Assembly: GCA_036794825.1 (NCBI GenBank)
Contig: DAIRGA010000022.1
Span: forward strand, 4,008 to 68,007
Reading direction: 5' to 3'
DNA length: 64,000 nucleotides
Source of the DNA: Bacteroidales bacterium
GTDB lineage: Bacteria; Bacteroidota; Bacteroidia; Bacteroidales; 4484-276
The notes below the pieces were generated by a model, which was not told where the DNA came from, did no database searches, and worked only from the letters and a program-made list of their open reading frames with translations. A program made the position numbers and the translations under genes. Numbering within the stretch: position 1 is the first letter of the stretch; the number at the start of each line of letters is the position of its first letter. This document shows, piece by piece, positions 30,040 to 37,495 of this stretch.

Positions 30040-30227
30040 ATTCCCTCGTTCAAAGGTATTCCTTCGGAATGGACTGGCTTCCCCTTCAACTCCTCAACCC
30101 TTGCCCCTGCGTGCGAAGCGACGCAGCCTCCCCCCATTTCTCCTCTTAACCTAAACTTAACACAAGATTAACACTACCTTAAATACCCGGTAGTGGGGTA
30201 CAGGCTATTTTTGCCAAAATTTAAATC

Positions 30228-30587
30228 ATGAAAAAAATACTTTTCCTCATAAGCCTATTTGTTGCTGGAACACTTGCAGCCAATCTTCCCGGTGAAAAAA
30301 CAGCCAGTGCTGATTCAGGAAACCTTAACGCTCCGGCTATGACAATCTCCCTGACGGGCAGTGTCCTCGATAAGGAAACCGGCGAAAGCCTTGCCGGCGC
30401 CAGAATCGAAATTATTGAAACAGGTGACGAAATTTTCACGGACATTCTGGGCAATTTCACCATTGCAGCTCCTGCATCCGGAGCCTATACGCTCAAGGTG
30501 AGTTACATTTCCTACCAGGAGCAGGAATTAACCTGCAAGCCGGAAAAAAATGTAGAGGAACGGGTCATTTCCCTGCTTCCCCTTTAA
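30228..30587 (+). CDS. Small secreted protein with a carboxypeptidase-regulatory-like (CarboxypepD_reg) domain; possibly the 5' part of a decayed T9SS cargo gene
   Basis: Signal peptide MKKILFLISLFVAGTLAA. LTGSVLDKETGESLAGARIEIIETG...TDILGNFTI...YTLKVSYISY is the classical CarboxypepD_reg pattern. Confidence 0.6.
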   Translation: MKKILFLISLFVAGTLAANLPGEKTASADSGNLNAPAMTISLTGSVLDKETGESLAGARIEIIETGDEIFTDILGNFTIAAPASGAYTLKVSYISYQEQELTCKPEKNVEERVISLLPL

Positions 30588-30621
30588 TCAGCGTCACATC
30601 ATTCAGACTTTATATCCCTTA

Positions 30622-30649
30622 GCCGGCGCTTCGAAAGCCCGGTTTTTTT
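30622..30649 (+). terminator. Candidate intrinsic terminator
   Basis: CCGGcGC-ttcgaaa-GCcCCGG hairpin (one C-C mismatch) followed by T7, 35 nt after the stop at 30587. Confidence 0.4.
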
Positions 30650-30662
30650 ATGTATGCTGAAA

Positions 30663-30914
30663 TTAGGATATCCCCCTTTCAAACCTGCCTCTGCAAATTT
30701 GAAACTCTCCTTTGAGCTCTAATCATCGTCGGCTTTATATGTGGCTATCTTCAACCTGATCGGAACATAGGTCAGCGAGGTTACCTGTTCGCAATTTTTA
30801 CAAGGAGAAAATCAGCTTGAGTTTCCGGCCGATGATCTTTCGGAAGGGAATTACTTTGTGCGGATAACATTTGCCGGAGGTGTGGCAACCCAAAAGCTCG
30901 TTATTGTCAGATAG
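30663..30914 (+). pseudogene. Remnant of a T9SS (Por) C-terminal sorting domain with two internal in-frame stops
   Basis: Hand translation reads LGYPPFKPASANLKLSFEL*SSSALYVAIFNLIGT*VSEVTCSQFLQGENQLEFPADDLSEGNYFVRITFAGGVATQKLVIVR*. It fits the CTD pattern (YPNPa...l.i..., V.I.N..G..V, L..G.Y.V.I.....K.V). Stops are at 30720-30722 (TAA) and 30768-30770 (TAG). The reading frame is the same as the 30228-30587 ORF. Confidence 0.65.
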
Positions 30915-31198
30915 CAAGCGAAGATTTTCAAAAACGTTGATCTGCTTCTTTGGATTAAATCAAAGAAAAAAGCAGAAAAGAAATTGTGTAGAATCGCATG
31001 TTCAATGGATAAACAGGATTTTATCGGTAAAACCTGACCCAGGTGTAAAAAATTCATGTAATGCCGCCCTCCCATCGCCTGGGAAGTAAAATCAGATAGG
31101 AATTTTAGCCCTGTAAGCTTCAGGACTGCCTCTTTTTTAGAAAGAGGTTCCATCCGGCTCAATCCGGCCGGATGAGGAGGGTTATGGAGAGGGGAGGT

Positions 31199-32512
31199 TT
31201 AAAAGGTTTCCGTTCCTGAGAGGTAGAAGCCTTTGGATTTGGCGCCGATAGCGAAATCAATGGTGATGTTGGTGCGGAAATGTTTGTTGAGCATAAGGCG
31301 CAAGCCAACGCCGGCGCCGGGTTTCACATAGTCGAAGAGCGAAACACCGCGGCTGTTGTTGGAGGCTGTGGTAGCATTTACAAAGACAACCCCGCCAAGC
31401 GTTTTGGAACACGACAGAATGGGAAACCGGTACTCTGCTTCGCCATACATCAGGTTTTCGCCCCTGAATCTGCCGGCAATATAGCCTCTTCCCGAACGCG
31501 ACCGCTGATCTTCGCCCAAAGCCATCAGCGTCATGTAGGGCAGCCGGCCACTAACCATAAAATTGCCCAGGAACCAGAATCCCAACAGGTGCCTTGGAGT
31601 CTTTGCGGATAACGGCAGGAAGGTCCGGTATTCAAGCCAGAGTGTGGTGGAGTTGCTGCTGCTTCCCAGAAACTTTGGGTTCATCCGGTAGTTGATATTT
31701 ACATAGCTCCCTTTGTAAGGGTTCATCAGGTTGTCGCGCGAATCGTACACCAGGTTGAGGCTTACACCCGAAAGTATGTATTCTGTTTCATCGAATCCGT
31801 AGAGTTTCGAATAAATATAATGCGGTGTAAGCTCGTAAGGTTCGGTTTCGAGTTGCAGTTTCTTGTCTTCTATTTTGTTGTACCAGTCGAGGTGATAGCC
31901 AATTCCGATGTATTTGGATTCGGCCACTTTGTAGTTCAGGATTTCATGAAATTTCAGGTAATTGAACGACATTGGGAACCCATCTTCGGTCTCTCCCAGG
32001 CCGGCGCCCTGCCAGTTGAGGTTGTCCGATACCTCGATGGAGTCGGGAGCGTTGGTTCCCAATCCCCAGGTGGGCGCATTATAAATGTAATACCTCCAGT
32101 CGCCCTGCAGAAAGAAACGGTCGCCCCTGGTATAAATGTTCGATTTGGCAAAGGAGAGGAACTGGTTCTTCGTGGTATAAGCGACATTAAAGCCAATGGC
32201 CGACACATGTGTTGATTCCCTGTTTCCGAGGTAAAAGCCTGTTGAGCCGGCAATTCCGTAAAGGAGTCCATTGGCCGGGTTGGAGGATATGTTCGGCATA
32301 ACAAGGAGCATGGTTTTGCGGGGAGCACGTTCGCGGGGCCGGTCTCCTCTGAGAAAATCGCCAAGGTCCTGCTGGGTGCAGTCGTTCCGGTTTTCACCGG
32401 TAACTCCCTCTTTTGCCTGGCTAAAGGCCTCAGTGTTCATAATCAGCTCTGCAAGCAACAATATGGCTGATAGGAAAATTAACTTGAATTTACCGGGAGT
32501 TAATAGATTCAT
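31199..32512 (-). CDS. Omp85/BamA-family outer-membrane beta-barrel protein (no POTRA domains)
   Basis: 437 aa with a signal peptide. DSRDN..NPYKG, RGY..G.F.G and a terminal aromatic residue (...GTETF) are typical of bacterial surface antigen (D15) barrels. Confidence 0.65.
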   Translation of the reverse strand: MNLLTPGKFKLIFLSAILLLAELIMNTEAFSQAKEGVTGENRNDCTQQDLGDFLRGDRPRERAPRKTMLLVMPNISSNPANGLLYGIAGSTGFYLGNRESTHVSAIGFNVAYTTKNQFLSFAKSNIYTRGDRFFLQGDWRYYIYNAPTWGLGTNAPDSIEVSDNLNWQGAGLGETEDGFPMSFNYLKFHEILNYKVAESKYIGIGYHLDWYNKIEDKKLQLETEPYELTPHYIYSKLYGFDETEYILSGVSLNLVYDSRDNLMNPYKGSYVNINYRMNPKFLGSSSNSTTLWLEYRTFLPLSAKTPRHLLGFWFLGNFMVSGRLPYMTLMALGEDQRSRSGRGYIAGRFRGENLMYGEAEYRFPILSCSKTLGGVVFVNATTASNNSRGVSLFDYVKPGAGVGLRLMLNKHFRTNITIDFAIGAKSKGFYLSGTETF

Positions 32513-32592
32513 AATTGGTCGTCATTATTGGTTATCAGTGTTTATATGGTTGGGTAAATGATTCAGGCAGGAAGTTTCTTATGCATATGTTT

Positions 32593-33261
32593 TTAATTAC
32601 CGGCTATGTCGTTTTCCTCCTCCGGTTCAGATTTTTGCCAGTGTAAAAATTTACCTATGATGATTCCGATTACAAATACAGTATAAAAATTACCCAACAA
32701 CCCCAACAGCACGACCATCTTCTTGGCTGTTTCGGTAACCGGCGTTATATCGCCGTAGCCAATGGTGAGCAGGGTTACAAAGCTGAAATAAAGGTAGTCG
32801 GAGCTGGGAACAACTCCTTCGGGACCTTTAAAAGCTCCGGAGGCCCCCATGGTAATGAACAGGAGGCTAAAAACCATGCCCAGCATAATGTAGCCGCTGA
32901 ATGCAGCAGAAATCGTTTCAAAACCCCATTCTTTGTTGAATAAAAGATCAATGTAAATCCGGAAACTTACCATGAGAAAGTAAACCATGTAAATCAACAG
33001 GAATACATATCCCGTGAAATCAGGGTGAATCTGCTGGTAAATCCTTGAAAACGCTGCCAGTAATATCAAAACGGATATAATGAGCGCCTTGATTCTGTGC
33101 TTGTTTCTGAAAAGCAGCAGACTGAAAAGCATGTTCTGAAGGATTAGTGCGGTTTGCATAGCATACCCTCCCGCCGGTTTGATAACAATGTCGCCGAAGA
33201 GCATCAGTATAAAACTGAAAAGAAAAAGTGAGTATCTCCGCTGATGCAGCTTTGCATTCAT
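32593..33261 (-). CDS. Potassium-channel-family membrane protein
   Basis: 222 aa, multi-TM, with the canonical K+ selectivity filter TLLTIGYGD between two TM helices. Its start codon lies 1 nt after the RND pump stop codon. Confidence 0.75.
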   Translation of the reverse strand: MNAKLHQRRYSLFLFSFILMLFGDIVIKPAGGYAMQTALILQNMLFSLLLFRNKHRIKALIISVLILLAAFSRIYQQIHPDFTGYVFLLIYMVYFLMVSFRIYIDLLFNKEWGFETISAAFSGYIMLGMVFSLLFITMGASGAFKGPEGVVPSSDYLYFSFVTLLTIGYGDITPVTETAKKMVVLLGLLGNFYTVFVIGIIIGKFLHWQKSEPEEENDIAGN

Positions 33262-33262
33262 A

Positions 33263-36200
33263 TCAATCCATTAGTTCATCATTAAAAACATACCCTTTAT
33301 AGTTGACTTTGTAAAGTACACTGTAAAAGGAGGGGATGAAAACCAGCGTGATAACGGTTCCGAACAGCAGTCCGATCATGATGGTAACGGCCATTGGTTC
33401 CCATATTTCGCCGCCACCAAGGTACAGGGGGATCAATCCGAGTACGGTGGTGAAGGTAGCCAGCAGGATGGGGCGGAAGCGCTGCAGACAGGCTCCGATT
33501 ATGGCATCCTGTGGCTTGCGTTTCATTTCATTCTCCTCAATTTCTATCCTGTCAATCAGTACGATAGCATTGTTGATTACGATTCCGGCCAGAGAAATAA
33601 CCCCAAGAAATGCCATAAAGCCGAATGGAGTGCTAAAGACAAAGAGTCCCAGCACCATCCCGATTACGCCAAGCGGTATAGTGGCGACGGTCATGGTCAT
33701 TTTGCGGAACGAATTGAACTGAATGATAAGCAGCAACACGATGATGAAAATAGACAAGGGAAGGAATTTAAACACCGCCCCCATGTTGTCGGCGGTCTTT
33801 TCTGCATCGCCGCCCACGGTATAGGTATAGCCTTCGCCCCACGTTTTTTTCTGTTCATCGAGCCAGGGTACCATCATGGCCATGATGGCCGATGTGTTGG
33901 CATCTTCGGATATCTGCGAGGAAATGGTGACGGTTTTCCTCAGGTCAAGCCGTTTAATCTTGAGGTATTGCCATTGAGGAATCACACTGGCAACCTGCAG
34001 GAAAGGAACGCTTTTGCCGGAATTTTGGGCATACACATTCAGGCTTTCGAGCGATTCGAGGGTCTGTTGTTCATTGTCCTCGCTCCTCATGATGATGGGG
34101 ATGGATTCGTCGCCTTCGCGGAACTCACCGGTGTTGAACCCATCGAGCACCGTCTGCAGCGAAATGGCAATATCGCTGTTTGTTACCCCCGCCAGTTGTG
34201 CACGGCTCTGGTCAATTTTGATGATGAATTTTTTGCCTTTTGGCCCCCAGTCGTCCTTTATGTTCTTGGTGCCTTCCAGTGAGAAGAGTTTGGTCTTGAT
34301 TTCGGAGGCAATCGCTGAAAGCTTGTCCGGATCGTTTCCCGAAACCTTAACTTCGATAGGAGCGCCTCCGCCGGTTGACCCGAGCCTGGCAACTTTCACA
34401 TCGGCGTTGGGCAGATGGGTGTAGCAATATTCATCCAGCTTTTTAATCAGCTCGCCGTTGATTTCGAAAGAAGTGGTATTGACCAGTATGTGGGCATAAT
34501 TTGAATTGGGTTCGTCCGGGTTGTAGCCCAGATCGTAGGATGAAGGCCCTTCACCGATAAACGCTGACCAGTCCACAATGCCCTCTTCCCTGTCCTGGTT
34601 TATCAGTAACTCCTGCTCCATAAAGGCTTCTATGGAACTGACCACCTGCTCCGTGGCAGTTAGTCTTGTTCCTTCGGGAAGGTTTATATCCACCGTAATC
34701 ATGTTTCTGTCGCTGTCGGGGAAAAATACAAATGCCAGTTTGGTAAACCCGAAAAGTGACAGAAAGAACAGCAGCACAATCCCCACAAGCACGCTTCTTT
34801 TCCAGGCCAGCGACCATAGTATCAGGGTTTTGTACCTCTTTTTCAGGATGTTGATGATTTTGTTTACGAAGCTCTCCTTTTCGTCTTTTCCTTTCATTTT
34901 CAGGAAAAATACGGCAAGCAGGGGGATGATGGTAAGCGAAATTATCCACGAAGAGATCAGGGCAATGGTGATGACCACAAACAACGGCCCCATGATGTCG
35001 CCCATGACCGACTTAGCCAGGTAAAAGGAGAGGAAAGCTGCCGAAGTGGTTAATGTTGAAATGAGCAGCGGAACAAAGAGTTCCGACCCCGATTCAATCG
35101 CCGCCTGCGCTACCGGAGTCCCCTTTTCCATTTTCACCATAATTGATTCTGCCACTACGATTCCGTTGTCAACCATCATCCCGAGCGCCATGATAAGCGC
35201 TGCTAGGGTGATCTGGTTCAATCCCATGTCAATTACGCCCATCAGGAGCAGGGTGGTAATGGTTACAAATGGGATAAGACTGGCCACTACAAAACCAGTC
35301 CGGAATCCGAGGAAAATGAACATCACGGCGAGCACGATTACTACCGACTGAAGCAGGTTGGATACGAAATCACTGATCTTTGCATCAATATAATAGTCCA
35401 GAGACGATATCCTGAAAGCATCGAGGCCAATGGGCAATCTTTGCTGCCACTCCTGCAGCAGGGCGTCAATATCCTGTCCCAGTTTGATGATATTTGCCCC
35501 TTCCTTAAGCGAAACATGGAGCGATAGCGCTTTCTCTCCATTGATTTTTATGATCTGTTTGGGCGGGTCAACATAACCCCTTTTGATGGTGGTGATGTCT
35601 TCGAGTTTGAGCACCTGCCCGCTTTGTCCGAGCGGGACAAGCATATTGCGTATATCATCCAGCGTGTTGAAATTTCCGGTGGGTTCCAGAATAATCCGCT
35701 CGTCGTCTACCAGTATCTCTCCTCCTGAGTTCAAAATATTGGTACTCGTTATGATGTTCTTCAACCCCACCGAGGTAATTCCATAAGATTTCAGTTTAAC
35801 GTTGTCGAATTCGATGAAGATCCGTTCGTCCTGTTCGCCGTTGATTTCAACCTTTGCCGCATCGTCGAGCCTGATCAGATCATTCCTCAGCTCATCCGCA
35901 AATTCCTTCATTTCGGCAAAGCTGTATCCATCGCTGGTTAGCCCCACAGCGACGCCAAATACTTCCCCGATCCCGTCGTCTTTAAGCTGCCAGCGTGCTT
36001 CGGCAGGCAAATCGGAGATAGCGCCGAGTTTTCTGCGCAAGCGGTCCCAAACCTGCTGCAATTTATCCGGAGCAACGTCCATCCTTAGTTCTACCTGAAC
36101 CACCGATAAGCCGGTTCTTGAGGTGCTTTTTACCAGTTTCAGCTCTGGGAGTTCCTGGGCTACCTTTTCGATCCTGTCGGTAACCAGTTGTTCTACACGT

Positions 36201-36370
36201 TCGGGGCTGGCGCCGGGAAATGAGGTAACAATGCTGGCAACCCGCACTGTGTAGGGAGGCATGCTGTTTCTTGACAGCGACTGGTACATCACCAGGCCCA
36301 TCACCACGGCGACAACCAGTAAACTCAGGATGACGCGGTTTTTTTCTATCGAGTATTTTGTGAGATTCAT
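33263..36370 (-). CDS. RND efflux transporter permease (AcrB/HAE1-like)
   Basis: 1035 aa with 12-TM topology and two large periplasmic loops. Typical motifs LSRNSMPPYTVRVASI..FPGASPE and ALGMMVDNGIVV. Confidence 0.9.
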   Translation of the reverse strand: MNLTKYSIEKNRVILSLLVVAVVMGLVMYQSLSRNSMPPYTVRVASIVTSFPGASPERVEQLVTDRIEKVAQELPELKLVKSTSRTGLSVVQVELRMDVAPDKLQQVWDRLRRKLGAISDLPAEARWQLKDDGIGEVFGVAVGLTSDGYSFAEMKEFADELRNDLIRLDDAAKVEINGEQDERIFIEFDNVKLKSYGITSVGLKNIITSTNILNSGGEILVDDERIILEPTGNFNTLDDIRNMLVPLGQSGQVLKLEDITTIKRGYVDPPKQIIKINGEKALSLHVSLKEGANIIKLGQDIDALLQEWQQRLPIGLDAFRISSLDYYIDAKISDFVSNLLQSVVIVLAVMFIFLGFRTGFVVASLIPFVTITTLLLMGVIDMGLNQITLAALIMALGMMVDNGIVVAESIMVKMEKGTPVAQAAIESGSELFVPLLISTLTTSAAFLSFYLAKSVMGDIMGPLFVVITIALISSWIISLTIIPLLAVFFLKMKGKDEKESFVNKIINILKKRYKTLILWSLAWKRSVLVGIVLLFFLSLFGFTKLAFVFFPDSDRNMITVDINLPEGTRLTATEQVVSSIEAFMEQELLINQDREEGIVDWSAFIGEGPSSYDLGYNPDEPNSNYAHILVNTTSFEINGELIKKLDEYCYTHLPNADVKVARLGSTGGGAPIEVKVSGNDPDKLSAIASEIKTKLFSLEGTKNIKDDWGPKGKKFIIKIDQSRAQLAGVTNSDIAISLQTVLDGFNTGEFREGDESIPIIMRSEDNEQQTLESLESLNVYAQNSGKSVPFLQVASVIPQWQYLKIKRLDLRKTVTISSQISEDANTSAIMAMMVPWLDEQKKTWGEGYTYTVGGDAEKTADNMGAVFKFLPLSIFIIVLLLIIQFNSFRKMTMTVATIPLGVIGMVLGLFVFSTPFGFMAFLGVISLAGIVINNAIVLIDRIEIEENEMKRKPQDAIIGACLQRFRPILLATFTTVLGLIPLYLGGGEIWEPMAVTIMIGLLFGTVITLVFIPSFYSVLYKVNYKGYVFNDELMD

Positions 36371-36382
36371 GTTCGTCAGGGT

Positions 36383-37495
36383 TTACTGAAGTCTTACTTT
36401 TTGACCGTCAAGAAGGGTTTGTAGCCCCGCTGTAACTATTTTTTCGCCGTTTGACAAGCCGCTGATTATTTCAAATCCTTCGGTGGTCAGCCTTCCGATT
36501 TTTACTTTCCGCTTTTGTACGGTTCCAATGCTTTCGTTATCACTAAGAACCACAAACACAAAGTTTCCTCCGGCATCTTCACCGACCGTTTTTACAGGAA
36601 TTACGATATGGCCGTCTCCTTCGGGATTTTCATCCGTGAAATCGAAGATGACGTTGGCTGCCATCCCGGGTTTTATCTCGCTGGTAGGATCAATTATCGC
36701 AATATCAACCGGGTAAGTGGCCGATTCTTCCGAAACGTCAGGTGATATTTCGACAACTTCACCTTTGAAAGTCGTTCCGGGGATGACCGGAAATTTGATC
36801 CCAACCGGCATTTTTAACACAATCTGGTTGATGACCGATTCCGGAAGGTTTACCTTCACTTCCATCTTACCGTCGGAAACATTCAACACCACAAATTTAT
36901 GACCGGCGTCAACCCTTTCGTTCACCCCTCCATCGGTTTTAAGTACGATCCCGTTCATGGGGGCATAAATGAAACCATAATCCAGTTGCGTTTTCTGGAT
37001 ATCCCTGTTCCTGAGCGCCGTCTGATACTGCGATGATGCGCTGGTAAAGAGGTTGCGCGCATTTTCGTATTCGATCAGCGGCTTGGCGCCCTGTTCGAAG
37101 AGGTATTTGATCCGGTTGAAGCTGGTTTCGGAAGTATTCATCTCCGATTTTGCCCTCTCCACCTCCGAAAGCGCCTTCTCATAGGCCAGCTGCGCTTCAA
37201 CGTTGTCGAGCCGGCCAAGCAGCGCCCCCTTCTTCACAAATTGGCCTTTCGACACATTTTTTTCCATGATGATTCCTGAAGTTCTGAAACTTAGGGTTAC
37301 ATCACTGCCAACCGTCGCCCAGCCGCTGAATGTTCTTACCTGCCTGCTGTCGGACGAGCCGGCAACCATATACCTGACAGGCTTTAAGATTTCCTCTTTT
37401 TCCACTTTTTGCTGTTTGCATGCCCCCAGTATTATCAGTTGAATGAGAGCAAAAATTACTATCCGGTAATACTGATTATTCATTGGAATTAACAT
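36383..37495 (-). CDS. RND efflux periplasmic adaptor (membrane-fusion protein) lipoprotein
   Basis: Lipobox LIILGACKQ. Biotinyl-lipoyl/hairpin/beta-barrel order (G.V....V..G..VKKG..L..LD). Positioned between the TolC-like and RND genes. The start may be the Met at 37483. Confidence 0.85.
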   Translation of the reverse strand: MLIPMNNQYYRIVIFALIQLIILGACKQQKVEKEEILKPVRYMVAGSSDSRQVRTFSGWATVGSDVTLSFRTSGIIMEKNVSKGQFVKKGALLGRLDNVEAQLAYEKALSEVERAKSEMNTSETSFNRIKYLFEQGAKPLIEYENARNLFTSASSQYQTALRNRDIQKTQLDYGFIYAPMNGIVLKTDGGVNERVDAGHKFVVLNVSDGKMEVKVNLPESVINQIVLKMPVGIKFPVIPGTTFKGEVVEISPDVSEESATYPVDIAIIDPTSEIKPGMAANVIFDFTDENPEGDGHIVIPVKTVGEDAGGNFVFVVLSDNESIGTVQKRKVKIGRLTTEGFEIISGLSNGEKIVTAGLQTLLDGQKVRLQ

